Shown: positions 26,801 through 38,690, numbered from the stretch's first letter. The stretch is DNA of 64,000 nt from Candidatus Eiseniibacteriota bacterium (GCA_031364845.1 JANLWX010000019.1:1-64000); one strand, 5' to 3'. Numbers and translations: made by a program. Notes: generated from the sequence alone by a model not told the origin.

Positions 26801-28816
26801 ATGGGTCGCGTGAGGATATTGCCGATGCTCAAGACCATCGCTGCCCATGGTCTCGTCTTCTTCCTGGCGGCTTCTGCCACGCAGGCGGCCACCGTCCGCG
26901 GCACGGTCGCGGGATGGGACAGCCCGATGCTCGCCGGCGCCAGGGTCACTCTCATCAACCCCGACACCTCGACCGTGCTCGAAAACCGCAGCACGATCGA
27001 CGGCACCTACCGATTCGAAAACGTGTCCGCAGGCACGTGGCTCATTGGCGCCTCGCGGCTGGGCTATGCCTACCGAGAATCTCTGCGCGTCGTCGGTGTC
27101 GCCGAGGTCGTCACTGACTTCCTGCTCGGGCGGGACGACCATCCCGGTCGCTGGACCACGATCGGGAATACGGACCCCGAGAATCTCTATGCCACGAACT
27201 CCGCCAGCCTGCTCCCGGACGGCCGCATCTTCTTCTGTCACGACACGAGAGATCCCGTACTCTTCGACCCGGTCACGCGCGTGAAGTCCTTTCCGCCCGG
27301 CTCATCGTCGATTCAGGGCTGCCACATTCCTTCGCTCTTGCCGGACGGCCGGCTGATCTTCATCGGCGGTCAAGACACCGGCGATTTCCGCGACGCGACG
27401 CGCATGGTCAAGGCGTTCGATCCAGCGAACAGCACCTGGGAGGTGCTGCCGCTCCTCAACGAGCAGCGCTGGTACCCCGGCATGGCTCGCCTCGGCGATG
27501 GGCGCTTCTTGGTCATGGGCGGAGGACAGCGCCCCAACGCGCAACGCACCGAGACTTGCGAAATCTACGATCCTCGTAATCGGACGTGGACCGTCGCAGC
27601 CTCCATGTCCAATTCGGCGGAGTACACGCCAGCGGTGCTCTTACGCAATGGGAAGGTCCTGCGGACATGGTGGCCACCGCAGCTCTACGACTCCGCCCTC
27701 AACCGGTGGGACGATACCAGCCCCATGGTCCAGACGAATCGTTTCTGGCCCGGGCACTCCGACCACTCGCTCTTCCGGCTGGCCGATGGTCGAGCCTGTG
27801 CGGTGGGAATCTATCGAGGCACCCTCATGTCGCCGAGCATGATCGAGTTCTATGATCCGGCGGCGGGAACTTGGTCACTCGGTGCGAATGCCAGCGTGAC
27901 TCGTTCTCAACCTGAGGCGGTGCTCCTGCCGACGGGTCAGATCCTCGTTGCCGGCGGAAAACTCGAGGACACAGCCCACGGCATTCCGACCAACTCCTAT
28001 GGCCAAACGAAACTGACCGATCTGTTCGACGCCGCAACCAATAGCTGGCGTCGCTGCGCCGACACGGCTTGGTTCCGAGAATATCACGCGACCACATTGC
28101 TCATTCCGGACGGTCGCGTAATTACCTCTGCTGGAACCGGCGGCCCGGCAAATCCAGGCGTGAGCAACGACATCGAGGCATTCGAGCCGCCTTATCTGTT
28201 TCGAGGAGTTCGTCCCCTGATCGGTGCGCTCTCCACCACCAGCCTCCCCCATGGCGGCAGCTTCAATCTGACCGTGAGCCGCACCGATGGCGTGACCGGC
28301 GTCGTTCTCGTGGGCATGGGAGCGGTGACCCATTATGTCGATGGGGGTCTGCCACTCATTGTGCCCCTCTCGTTCACGCAGCAGGGCAGTTCCGTCACTG
28401 CCGCGGTTCCTGCGGACTTGTATGCGGCTCCGACGGGGCATTACATGCTCTTCGCCCTGGTCGACGACATCCCTTCAAAGGGTCGGGTAGTGACGATCAC
28501 CGATTCCACCACGGTAGGCGTCTCACCTCAGGTGCCTGACGGGCAACTCACGGCCAGCGTCCAGCCGAACCCTTTCCGCACGTCGGTTCAGTTTCGCTGG
28601 TTTCAGCCCCAGCCGGGATATGCAACCGTGCAGATCCAGGATGTTGCTGGCCGGACGATTTTAGTGAGGACTGTAGATAGAAGCGCCGGTTGGCAAGCCC
28701 TCGACTGGGACGGCCGGAGCAAAGGCAACGCCCCGTCAACAGCCGGCGTCTACTTTGTGCGCGTCGATGCTGGAAGTCTCAGTTGGAGTAATCGTTTCGT
28801 CCGTATCGACTACTAG
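26801..28816 (+). CDS. Galactose oxidase-like copper radical oxidase with N-terminal carboxypeptidase-regulatory-like domain and FlgD-Ig tail
   Basis: GCH, RWYPG, REYHA, VTHY motifs, APTGHYMLF, and PNPF...WDGRS...AGVYFVRV. The exact start is uncertain (26801 or 26825). Confidence 0.85.
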   Translation: MGRVRILPMLKTIAAHGLVFFLAASATQAATVRGTVAGWDSPMLAGARVTLINPDTSTVLENRSTIDGTYRFENVSAGTWLIGASRLGYAYRESLRVVGVAEVVTDFLLGRDDHPGRWTTIGNTDPENLYATNSASLLPDGRIFFCHDTRDPVLFDPVTRVKSFPPGSSSIQGCHIPSLLPDGRLIFIGGQDTGDFRDATRMVKAFDPANSTWEVLPLLNEQRWYPGMARLGDGRFLVMGGGQRPNAQRTETCEIYDPRNRTWTVAASMSNSAEYTPAVLLRNGKVLRTWWPPQLYDSALNRWDDTSPMVQTNRFWPGHSDHSLFRLADGRACAVGIYRGTLMSPSMIEFYDPAAGTWSLGANASVTRSQPEAVLLPTGQILVAGGKLEDTAHGIPTNSYGQTKLTDLFDAATNSWRRCADTAWFREYHATTLLIPDGRVITSAGTGGPANPGVSNDIEAFEPPYLFRGVRPLIGALSTTSLPHGGSFNLTVSRTDGVTGVVLVGMGAVTHYVDGGLPLIVPLSFTQQGSSVTAAVPADLYAAPTGHYMLFALVDDIPSKGRVVTITDSTTVGVSPQVPDGQLTASVQPNPFRTSVQFRWFQPQPGYATVQIQDVAGRTILVRTVDRSAGWQALDWDGRSKGNAPSTAGVYFVRVDAGSLSWSNRFVRIDY

Positions 28817-28830
28817 CCGGGTCTATTCAT

Positions 28831-29143
28831 GAGGAAGGCCATTCCTGTCCCGCACCGCGTTTCGTGCTCGCGACGCAGGGCGTCGAGTTGATCGCGGAGC
28901 GGAAGTAGCCCCGCGCATCGCCGGCGGCTCGGGTCGCGTGGATTGCCACGCGTCGCATCCGCGATTGCGCAGAGCCCCGGCCCCTATCTTCCCGAGAATC
29001 GATCCGTCGCCGCCACCAGCGCGCGTGAGTTGGGCGGCTCGAAGGCACTGTGGCCGCTGTCCGGCGTCATGATGAAGTCCGCCTCGGGCCACGCGCGGTG
29101 CAGATCCCATGCGCTGGTCGGCGGGCACACGACATCGTAGCGG
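28831..29143 (+). repeat. Imperfect direct repeat, copy B; 28831-28908 is a DUF4920 3' remnant
   Basis: Encodes EEGHSCPAPRFVLATQGVELIAERK*, then a spacer and the 3' end of intact pip. Confidence 0.92.
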
Positions 29144-29958
29144 CCCTGCACGATGACCGCGGGATTGTGACGGATGCGCTCCACATCGCGCAGCAGTTGG
29201 TCTTCGGTTTCGAGAAAGCCTTTGTTCACGAAGTAGTGCGCCTCGATGCGCGCCATGGCGAGCGCCGTCGAATCCTCCTCCATGTTCGCGACCAGCGATG
29301 AATCCGGGATCAGCTTGGACGTGGCACCCTCCCATGAACTCCACCGGCGCGCCGCCTCGATCTGGACGGCCCGATCCGGACTGATCAGACGCCGGTGATA
29401 CGCCGTCATGAGATCGCCGCGCTCTGCCGGCGGGATGTGCTCGACGAATCGTTCCCACAGATCGGGATAGATGAACGACGTGCCGCCGCGTTCGTAGAAC
29501 CACTTCAGTTCGTGCGGACGCACGAGGAAGATCCCACGCAGCACGATCTCGGTGACGCGATCGGGATGGCGCTGCGAATAGGCGAGCGCCAGCGTCGAAC
29601 CCCAACTCCCGCCGAACACCAACCAGCGGTCGATGCCGAGCGTTTCGCGCAGGCGCTCGATGTCCGCGACCAGATCCCAGGTCGTGTTCGCTTCGAGGCT
29701 CGCGTGCGGCGTGCTCTTGCCGCAACCACGCTGATCGAACAGCACGATGCGATAGGCCTCGGGATCGAAGAACCGCCGATGCATCGAGTTGGTCGCGCCA
29801 CCCGGGCCGCCGTGCAGGAACACCGCCGGCTTTCCATCGGGATTGCCGCTTTCTTCGTAATAGAGATCGTGGCCGCCGGATACCGGCAGCCGTCCGGTTC
29901 GATTCGGCTCGATCGGCGGGTAGAGCCAGGTCAACGGATCTTTGATCGGACGCGGCAT
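28984..29958 (-). CDS. pip: Prolyl aminopeptidase
   Basis: LYYEESGNPDG, FLHGGPG, FDQRGCGKSTPHA, FGGSWGSTL, QGRYDVVCP, SGHS. Confidence 0.97.
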   Translation of the reverse strand: MPRPIKDPLTWLYPPIEPNRTGRLPVSGGHDLYYEESGNPDGKPAVFLHGGPGGATNSMHRRFFDPEAYRIVLFDQRGCGKSTPHASLEANTTWDLVADIERLRETLGIDRWLVFGGSWGSTLALAYSQRHPDRVTEIVLRGIFLVRPHELKWFYERGGTSFIYPDLWERFVEHIPPAERGDLMTAYHRRLISPDRAVQIEAARRWSSWEGATSKLIPDSSLVANMEEDSTALAMARIEAHYFVNKGFLETEDQLLRDVERIRHNPAVIVQGRYDVVCPPTSAWDLHRAWPEADFIMTPDSGHSAFEPPNSRALVAATDRFSGR

Positions 29959-29987
29959 GCGGCGCTCCTCGTAAATGGGCGTGCGAA

Positions 29988-30506
29988 CTACGGGCCGATG
30001 GGACTTCGCGCGGCCGATTCCTCGAATTTCGCACGGTGTTCGTATGCGCCAGCATCCCACGTCAGCCCCCACGCGGCGAGCGCGGTGGCACGGTGACGCA
30101 GGACGAACGCGCGATCGTTCGCCGTTGGCGCCAGAACTTCGGCGCGATCGAATCGCCCTGAGGCCTCGGTCACGAACGCCACGCGCTCCGGTGTCGAACG
30201 AACACTGGGAATCAGCATCCCGCGGCGAGGCATGGTCGCGACCGCGGCGTTCATCAGCGCGGCAGCATAGTCGGCGTGGATCTGCCACAGGTCGGGACGC
30301 TGCGCGAGTGCCGCGCGAAAGTAGGGCAGCGCGTCATGCGGGCGATCGCTCCTCACCAACTCGACACCCTCGAGATAGGACGCTTTCGCATCGATCGTCG
30401 CGACCGGATCCGACGTGTGAATGCGATCGGGCGACGGCTGCGACCCGCACGACGTCACGATCACGGCCGACCCTGCCGCCAGCGCGAGCCGTGCAGCCCG
30501 GTTCAT
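29988..30506 (-). CDS. TPR-like lipoprotein
   Basis: Lipobox-like VTSC and DALPYFRAALAQRPD. ATGA overlap with the upstream gene. Confidence 0.6.
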   Translation of the reverse strand: MNRAARLALAAGSAVIVTSCGSQPSPDRIHTSDPVATIDAKASYLEGVELVRSDRPHDALPYFRAALAQRPDLWQIHADYAAALMNAAVATMPRRGMLIPSVRSTPERVAFVTEASGRFDRAEVLAPTANDRAFVLRHRATALAAWGLTWDAGAYEHRAKFEESAARSPIGP

Positions 30507-32539
30507 ACTCCGAACGCTTCAGCCACCCATTCCAGGCCGAGTTCGCTCGGCGGTCCCATGTATCCGAGCAGCGCACTCGCCGCGACCACCGCGGGGCTCG
30601 CGAGATAACCCTCGCCGCCCACGCCCATGCGGTTCGTCCAGTTGCGATTGAAGCTCGTGATCGCACGCTGGCCGGCGGTCAGCGCATCCGGGCCCTGACC
30701 GAAACACGGGCCGCACCACGACTCGCGGATCAGCCCGCCTACGCTGCGGAAGACGCTCGCGATCGATTCGCCGTCGAGTCGCGGATCCGGCGTTTCGATC
30801 TGGCGCTTCACGCCGCCCGAACCCGGAAAGATGATGAACGGACGCGCGGCCTTCGTGATCCCGCGCGCGCGCGCCGCGTGCAGCACAAGTGCCGCGCTCA
30901 GGAGATCGTCGTAACCACCGTTGGTGCACGATCCGATCATCGCCTTGTCGAACGTGAGACGTTCGCGCGCGACTTCATCGGCGCCGAACGCATTGCCGGG
31001 GCTGAAGGGCTTGGCGATCATCGGCGCGACTTCGGCCAGCTCGAAGGTCTCGTCGATCTCGTAGTGCGCATCGGCGCCGGGCGCGATCCGCGGATACGGA
31101 AGCGCGGTCATGCCCTTGGCGCGGAACCACGCTTCGGTGATCTCGTCGGCGGCGAAGATCCCGTTCATCGCCTCGGCCTCGGCCATCATGTTGCACATCG
31201 TGTTGCGGAACGAGATCGGAAGCTGCTTCGCGGCGTCGACGAATTCCACCGACATGCCCTGCGATTGTTTCGCACCCCAGCGGCGCAGCAGCGCGAGCAC
31301 GATGTCCTTCCCCGTCACCCACGGCTGCAATTCGCCACGGAAGATCACGCGTCGCTGCTTGGGTACGGTGAAGTAGATGTAGCCGGTCGACCACCCGAAT
31401 CCGAGCGTGGTGGATCCGACGCCGATGCCGACCGCGCCGTAGGCGCCGTACGCGCGCGAATGCGAGTCGGCGCCGGGGATGAACTGTCCCGGCATCACGA
31501 GTCCCTGCTCGGGAAAATAGAAGTGAAAGATGCCGTCGCCCGGCGTCGCGTAGTACGGGCGCTGAATGTCGTGGAGTTCTGCGAACGCGCGACCGATCGA
31601 AGTCTGCTTGTCGTCGGCGTCGACGCCGGTGAACACGAAATGATCGTTCGCGATTGCGAGCTGGCGCGGAAGGATCGCGGCACCGCCGGTGATCTGATTG
31701 AACGTGTGGATCGAGAACGGCGCGGTGCCGTCCGAAGCGGGCAGCAGGTCGGCGTAGACGCGCACCGTGGCGCCGGGTTCGATCCGCGCCTGCTTGTCGA
31801 CGCGATGCGCCCACAGGATCTGCTCCGTGGTCGTCAGCTTGCGCGCGGTCGCGGCATCCGGCCACACGATCTCGGGAACGCGGGCGACCGACTCGCGGAA
31901 CTCGCGGCGTCCGATCGCGAAGATGCCGCCGCTCTGGCGGATCTCGTCCTCCTTGGGCGTCAGCGGAATCGGCGTGTAGGTGCGCTGCCGCGTTTCGTTC
32001 GTGAGCGTGCGCGATGCCGGATCGAACGCGAAGCGATCCCCTTCCTGGGCGTCCGCAACCGCCTCGGGACTCTGCACGACATGCAGCCCGAGATTGAACG
32101 CGTTGCGCCGGAAGATGTCGCCCATGTTGTTTCCGGCGACGACCACCATCTCGAGCCCCGCTTCGTCGCCGACGCCTTTGAGTCCGGCCGGCGTCATCTC
32201 GCGCGAGCTGCCGATCGCGAACCGGTCGCCCGCGATCACGAACGTCTCGCCACGGTGCACACGCGCGCGGAAGTCGGGCATCAGGTAGCGGAATGAACCG
32301 GCCTTCCAGCGCACATCGAGCGTTTCGAGACTTTCGGAAACGCAGTCGGCGGCAGGCGTGATCTGATCGGTGTCGATCGCGTCCAGCTTCTTCCCGGGCA
32401 CCTTCGGATCCCAGAAGATCAGCGCCGATCCGCGAATGACCCGCGCTTCAGCGGCGCCGGAAGTGTCGGCCGCGCGCGGGCCGGGCAGAGTTTCGAGGGT
32501 CACGCCGGGCTTGAGGCGCGCAGGTTTGAGCGTATGCAT
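30503..32539 (-). CDS. Aconitase-family dehydratase: fused small (LeuD-like, N-terminal) and large (LeuC-like) subunits
   Basis: N-terminal IDTDQITPA, FAIGSSRE, IFRRNAFNLGL. C-terminal NDH, GADSH, IGSCTNG, CGPCFG, YLASPAVVAASA. Confidence 0.9.
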   Translation of the reverse strand: MHTLKPARLKPGVTLETLPGPRAADTSGAAEARVIRGSALIFWDPKVPGKKLDAIDTDQITPAADCVSESLETLDVRWKAGSFRYLMPDFRARVHRGETFVIAGDRFAIGSSREMTPAGLKGVGDEAGLEMVVVAGNNMGDIFRRNAFNLGLHVVQSPEAVADAQEGDRFAFDPASRTLTNETRQRTYTPIPLTPKEDEIRQSGGIFAIGRREFRESVARVPEIVWPDAATARKLTTTEQILWAHRVDKQARIEPGATVRVYADLLPASDGTAPFSIHTFNQITGGAAILPRQLAIANDHFVFTGVDADDKQTSIGRAFAELHDIQRPYYATPGDGIFHFYFPEQGLVMPGQFIPGADSHSRAYGAYGAVGIGVGSTTLGFGWSTGYIYFTVPKQRRVIFRGELQPWVTGKDIVLALLRRWGAKQSQGMSVEFVDAAKQLPISFRNTMCNMMAEAEAMNGIFAADEITEAWFRAKGMTALPYPRIAPGADAHYEIDETFELAEVAPMIAKPFSPGNAFGADEVARERLTFDKAMIGSCTNGGYDDLLSAALVLHAARARGITKAARPFIIFPGSGGVKRQIETPDPRLDGESIASVFRSVGGLIRESWCGPCFGQGPDALTAGQRAITSFNRNWTNRMGVGGEGYLASPAVVAASALLGYMGPPSELGLEWVAEAFGV

Positions 32540-32611
32540 GGGGGCTCCTCGCAGGTGGAGTTCGCCCTGATGCTACTGCCCCCGCATCAGACGTCGCAAC
32601 TTCCCGGCGGC

Positions 32612-33109
32612 CTAGTATTCGCGGGTGGAGATCGCCTTAGGTGACGCCGCGTGCACGCGTGTTTCTCGAATGCAGGCCTTGTTCACGATCGCCACACCGA
32701 GCCGTGTGCGCAGCGGGAAGAAATCGTCCGGACAGTTGAGGAAGTCGGAGGCGCGATTCATGCCCTCGGGAAGTTCCATCTGGATCATGCCGTCGATCGC
32801 GCGTCCGTCGTTGAACGTGACCTCGACCGATTCCTCGCGGCTCACGACATAGCTGCGCGGGCACACGAGATCCGCTTCCACGTCGGCAGCGGCCAGCACC
32901 CACTCGATGTTGAGGCGCGTGATGAGCAATACCGTGTGGGGCAGTTCGAACGGGATCACGCGCTGGGGTGAGTTGAGCAGTTCGAGAATCGTCTCCGTCC
33001 CCTGTCGCGTGCGCGAATGGGGGCTGAGCGCGACCCGCCCGTCGAGCGGATCCTGTCCGGGAAGGCATATCCGGACGGATGCCCGGTATTTGGCGACGTA
33101 TTCCGGCAT
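32612..33109 (-). CDS. Hypothetical protein with two internally similar beta-rich halves (DUF6812-like)
   Basis: GAGGAG-like RBS (AGGAG) and RASDFLNCPDDFFPL...IVNK. Confidence 0.6.
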   Translation of the reverse strand: MPEYVAKYRASVRICLPGQDPLDGRVALSPHSRTRQGTETILELLNSPQRVIPFELPHTVLLITRLNIEWVLAAADVEADLVCPRSYVVSREESVEVTFNDGRAIDGMIQMELPEGMNRASDFLNCPDDFFPLRTRLGVAIVNKACIRETRVHAASPKAISTREY

Positions 33110-33377
33110 CGATGCTCCTCGAGAAGGCTACCGGTGTTATCGGACGCCGGGCGCGTCCGGTTGAGCGGGAACACGTGCCGGCAACGGCCGCTCAACGGCG
33201 CACAACCTGCGTTACCTCAATGCCCGCGGCCCGGCGGCCCACGCTGCCGAGACCCTTGATTGTCCGGCCCCCGCGGCCGATAACATTCATGATCTCCCAC
33301 GCCTTCCTCCGGAGCGGCCCCGGAGTCCTCACCTGCTGCGGCCGCAACGTCTTGTTCGTTCCCGGAGAACCCCGCAC

Positions 33378-34463
<1,086 letters not shown>

Positions 34464-34464
34464 G

Positions 34465-35808
34465 ATGGTGAGGGATCCCGGGTCGCTCGCCGGCGAACTC
34501 GGACTCATCAGCCTGTTCGACATCGGGCAGCTGTTGCTGCTGAACCGCGCGACCGGCGTGATGACCGTGACCTCCGAAGGACGCCGTGGCTCGCTGTGGT
34601 TTCGCGACGGCCAGCTCGTGAACGCCATCGACGAGAAGCAGCACGACGGCGAGGACGCCGCGTTCGCGGTGTTCGCGTGGCGGCGCGGGCGCTTCGACTT
34701 TCACGGCGGCCCGCTGCCGGGTGCCGCGACCATCGAAGGCGGCACCGAAGCAATCATGCTCGAAGCGGCGCGCCGCATCGACGAAGCCGGCCCCGAAGCT
34801 GGCGAAGGCGGCGTCGGAAGCGAAACCGCGAAGCTCGTCGAGCACCAGAGCAAGTTCGATCTGCTGCGCGAGGAATTCACACGCGTCACGCGCGATGCGT
34901 CGTCGGAAGCGCGCGGAGCTCCGGCCAGCGAAGAGGCGTGGCTCGACGCGCTCGTTTTGCCCGGCGATCGGTTGCTGGTGCGAGAGGGAGCACCGGCGCG
35001 CATCTGCTCGGGAAACGCGTGGCGACCGATCGGACCGGAGATCCCAGTCGAAGAGACGACCTATCGCGCGTTCAAGGCGCGCATGCACGCCGCGACCACG
35101 TTGCGCGTTGCCGGTGCACCGATGCCGCTTCCGGGCGTGAACGCGCCTGCGACCGCGGCCGTGAACGCCGCGCGCGTTCGGCATCGCGGACGCACGCTGC
35201 TGCTCGAGATCGTGGCGGGCGAGACCGAGTGCCTGTGGCTCGCCATCGCCGCGCCACCGAACCCGGCGCAGGTGCGCGGTCCGTTCGAGCTGATCGATGC
35301 CGTGTGCTCGGCACCGGGCCTGCTGCTCGCCGCCGCACCCGACTCCGCCGCGGCGCACACCCTGCTCTCGTCGCTCGTCGCGCGACTGAGTGACACGCGC
35401 GGGATCACGACGCTGATCGTGACCGACGATCCGTCACTCGCGCCGAATGAATCGGCGGGCGTCGTGATCACGTCTTCGTTCGCAACGCTGGATGCTGCCG
35501 TGGGCACGACGCGCCCCCATGCCCTCGCCATCGATGCGCGCGGCGCGTTCGACGGCCGGTTGCTCGCCGCGTGCGCATCGGTGCCGATCGTGCTCTGCGC
35601 CGTGGTCGCCGCCGACGCCGAAAGTGTGATCGCCCGCTGGCTGCTGCGCTTTCCAGCATCCGAAACCGCACGCGCCCGCGTGCTGGTCGCCTCGATGCCG
35701 GTGGCGATCGTGCTCGCGGATGCCACTGCCCACGCCGAGGGAACCACGACGTTCACCGTGCAGCGCGTGACGCGTACCGGCCGTCCGGCGGATCAGCCGG
35801 TTTCCTAG
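34465..35808 (+). CDS. DUF4388 domain protein fused to a degenerate PilT-like domain
   Basis: [26 protein letters not shown]...[13 protein letters not shown]...[11 protein letters not shown]...[10 protein letters not shown]. Starts 1 nt after the pilT stop. Confidence 0.75.
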   Translation: MVRDPGSLAGELGLISLFDIGQLLLLNRATGVMTVTSEGRRGSLWFRDGQLVNAIDEKQHDGEDAAFAVFAWRRGRFDFHGGPLPGAATIEGGTEAIMLEAARRIDEAGPEAGEGGVGSETAKLVEHQSKFDLLREEFTRVTRDASSEARGAPASEEAWLDALVLPGDRLLVREGAPARICSGNAWRPIGPEIPVEETTYRAFKARMHAATTLRVAGAPMPLPGVNAPATAAVNAARVRHRGRTLLLEIVAGETECLWLAIAAPPNPAQVRGPFELIDAVCSAPGLLLAAAPDSAAAHTLLSSLVARLSDTRGITTLIVTDDPSLAPNESAGVVITSSFATLDAAVGTTRPHALAIDARGAFDGRLLAACASVPIVLCAVVAADAESVIARWLLRFPASETARARVLVASMPVAIVLADATAHAEGTTTFTVQRVTRTGRPADQPVS

Positions 35809-35951
35809 CAGCGCACGGAGGGCAAGCCTGCCCCCGGCAATCGGGCCTCGAAATCCCGTCCGAGTCGATTCGGCGCCTTCGCGCATCCAAGGGTCCTCGC
35901 GGTGTTTCCCACCTGTGCCCGGCCCAACCGGGACCCTCCCTAGGACTTCGA

Positions 35952-36986
35952 ATGCGACCTCAGTTGCGCCTCATCTCTTCCGGCGACTTCGCCTCGCTTC
36001 CCGAACCCGAACCGATCGCCCCGGCTCCCGCCGACGATGAATTGCTCGACGCCTACTCCAGTGCGGTCACGCGCGTGGTGGAGCAAGTCGGTCCCTCGGT
36101 GCTCAAGATCGAAGTCCGGCACTCGGCACAGCCGGGCGCGCGCGGGCCGCGCGGCGGCGGAAGCGGATCGGGATTCCTCTTCACGCACGACGGACTGATC
36201 CTCACCAACAGCCACGTCATCCACAAGGCGCACCGGATCGATGCGATCACGCAGGACGGCCGCACGCTGCCCGCCGATCTGGTGGGCGACGATCCCGACA
36301 CCGATCTCGCGGTGTTGCGCGTGACGTCGCCGGACCTGCCCGCGGCCGAGCTCGGCAACTCCGAAGCGCTCAAACCCGGCCAGCTCGTGGTCGCGATCGG
36401 CAATCCGTTCGGCTTCCAGACCACGGTCACGGCCGGCGTCGTGAGCGCGCTCGGACGCACTCTGCGGTCCAGCTCCGGACGCCTGATGGACAACATCATC
36501 CAGACCGACGCGGCACTCAATCCCGGCAACTCCGGCGGCCCGCTCGTCGATTCGCGCGGCCGCGTGATCGGCGTGAACACCGCGGTGATCCTCCCGGCGC
36601 AGGGACTGTGTTTCGCGATTCCCTCGAACACCGCGCGCTGGGTCGCGAGCATGCTGATCCGCGACGGCCGCATCCGCCGCGCGCACCTCGGCATCGGCGG
36701 CCAGCACGTGCGCCTGCAGCGCCGCACGTTGCGCGCGCATGGCATCGATTCGGAGCACGCGCTGATGGTGGTGCACGTCGAGTCCGGCAGCCCCGCGCAC
36801 ACGGCGGGGCTCATGGACGGAGACATCGTCGTGGCATTCGACGGCCGTCCGATTCACGGAGTCGACGACCTGCATCGCGTGCTGACCGACGCGCGCATCG
36901 GAGTCGGAACCGTGCTCACGATCCTGAGACGCGGCGTGAAGCGCGACCTCGAGGTCACGCCGGTCGAGAGTCGGCAACGCTCGTAA
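35952..36986 (+). CDS. HtrA/DegP-like trypsin serine protease with PDZ domain
   Basis: [42 protein letters not shown]. Confidence 0.93.
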   Translation: MRPQLRLISSGDFASLPEPEPIAPAPADDELLDAYSSAVTRVVEQVGPSVLKIEVRHSAQPGARGPRGGGSGSGFLFTHDGLILTNSHVIHKAHRIDAITQDGRTLPADLVGDDPDTDLAVLRVTSPDLPAAELGNSEALKPGQLVVAIGNPFGFQTTVTAGVVSALGRTLRSSSGRLMDNIIQTDAALNPGNSGGPLVDSRGRVIGVNTAVILPAQGLCFAIPSNTARWVASMLIRDGRIRRAHLGIGGQHVRLQRRTLRAHGIDSEHALMVVHVESGSPAHTAGLMDGDIVVAFDGRPIHGVDDLHRVLTDARIGVGTVLTILRRGVKRDLEVTPVESRQRS

Positions 36987-37033
36987 GATGCGCGAATGCG
37001 GGCCGCGCGGAGTTGCGCGCGGCTCGCGCATCG

Positions 37034-38143
37034 TCACGGTTTCGAGTCCTTGCGCTTGAGCGCTGCGATCATCTGCTGCCAGGCTTCCGGCGTGATGACC
37101 TCGCGCGCAGCAATGGGCGGATCGGAAGCGATGCGTGCGCGGAGCTTCTTCGCGCGCGCTTCCGTCGCCGGGTGCGTGGAGAGGAACTCGAGACCGGCAG
37201 AGCCGCTCCGCTTCTTCCCGAGGCGCTCGAAGAACTCGGGCATCGCGGCCGGATCGATCGCCGCCGCGCGCATCAATGCATAGCCCGTGGCGTCGGCTTC
37301 CTCTTCGATGCCGCGGCTGTAGGACAGATCGCCGAGACCCTGAGCAAGTTGCGTCGCCAGCGTTCCGCCCGCATCGCCGGCGAGCACCGCCAGCACCACC
37401 GCGAGTGATGCCCGCTGCAGCAGACCGCGCAGCACGTGGCGTTTCAGCACGTGCTGGATCTCGTGCGCAAGCACGCCCGCGACTTCGTCCGGACCGCCGC
37501 TGAACTCGAGCAGGCCGCGAAACACGACGATCACCCCGCCGGGCGCGGCGAGCGCGTTCACCTCGGGACGATCGACGACCACGACTCGAAACGGATCGGA
37601 GGCGCCGGAAGCCGCGTGCAGCCGATCGACGATCGCGTTCACGGGCGCGGTGATGATCGGATCGTCGATCCGCGCGCCGGGCGGCGCCAGCGATGCGAGC
37701 GCGGCATCGCCCAGCTCGCGCTCCCAGGCGACCGGCACCTGTCGCGCGGCCAGGGAGGCAAGTGCGGGGATGCCCCACACGTAGGCCGCGACCGCGGCCG
37801 CGATCACCACAGCCAGCGCCGAGAGCGCGAAGCCTGCCGTGAAGCCGGCCCGCGGCGCGGGCGCATGCGCGGCGAACGACGGCGACGCACGGCGCAGCTC
37901 CGAGAGCAGCGCGGGATCCGGCGCCACGATCACTTCGGAGGCGCCAGGTCCGCGCTCGAGACGCACGGGTTCGCCGCGAACGGCGCGCCCCGCAGGACGG
38001 AGAACATCGAACGACCAGGTCGCGTGCTCGGCTCCGTCGCGCGTTTCCACGTGCAGGCCACCCGAGGTCACCCACACCGTGGCCGGCGTTCCCATCGGAT
38101 GGGCGGAATCGAAGAGCTGCGCAGCGTAGCGCTGTGCGTTCAT
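37034..38143 (-). CDS. M48 family metallopeptidase
   Basis: VNALAAPGG, VLAHEIQHV, YSRGIEEEAD, FLSTHP, and one TM helix. Confidence 0.92.
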   Translation of the reverse strand: MNAQRYAAQLFDSAHPMGTPATVWVTSGGLHVETRDGAEHATWSFDVLRPAGRAVRGEPVRLERGPGASEVIVAPDPALLSELRRASPSFAAHAPAPRAGFTAGFALSALAVVIAAAVAAYVWGIPALASLAARQVPVAWERELGDAALASLAPPGARIDDPIITAPVNAIVDRLHAASGASDPFRVVVVDRPEVNALAAPGGVIVVFRGLLEFSGGPDEVAGVLAHEIQHVLKRHVLRGLLQRASLAVVLAVLAGDAGGTLATQLAQGLGDLSYSRGIEEEADATGYALMRAAAIDPAAMPEFFERLGKKRSGSAGLEFLSTHPATEARAKKLRARIASDPPIAAREVITPEAWQQMIAALKRKDSKP

Positions 38144-38299
38144 GTTGCGTGGCCCGCAGCCCCAAGTTGATGCGTTTCGCGAACGGCCGCCGGCCAAAAC
38201 GTGCGGAGTGCATGAAAACAGACCCCGGCAATGCCGCCGGCTTGAGCCTTCGCCAGCCCATGCCGATATCCCCAGCAGACCTCTGAAGGAGGAACGCGT

Positions 38300-38680
38300 A
38301 TGTCGAGCTTGTTCTGGGCTGGCACCTTGATCATGCTGGGGACGAACATTTTCGTGCTCACGTGGATCTTCCGGCGAAAGCTGATGGCGTCGGGCATCGA
38401 TCTCGGGCGGCTGAAGGAAGTCTCGATGCTCGTGAGCGAGCGCGCGGGCGAATATCTGCGCGCGAACTGGAGCGGCAATACCGATGAACTCCCGAACGCC
38501 CTGCGCGGACTGATGCCGATCGTCGCCGGCATCGTGAGTGCGAGCGGGCACACGCTCGACGATCGCACGCTCGAGCAATTGCTGAAGATTTCGATCGCCG
38601 GCCAGCGCCTTGCGACTCGAGCCGAGCTGGACCGCGCGTTCGATCGCATGCGCGCCGACGCGAAAGCCGCGGCCGCCTGA
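38300..38680 (+). CDS. Hypothetical protein with N-terminal TM helix
   Basis: Strong RBS AAGGAGG, and the ORF fills the gap between neighbours. Confidence 0.65.
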   Translation: MSSLFWAGTLIMLGTNIFVLTWIFRRKLMASGIDLGRLKEVSMLVSERAGEYLRANWSGNTDELPNALRGLMPIVAGIVSASGHTLDDRTLEQLLKISIAGQRLATRAELDRAFDRMRADAKAAAA

Positions 38681-38690
38681 CGCCGCGGCG

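Noticed and set aside
35952..36986. HtrA without a signal peptide
   Set aside because: Signal-less HtrA-like proteins are, to my knowledge, common; the long upstream ORF extension is not protein-like.
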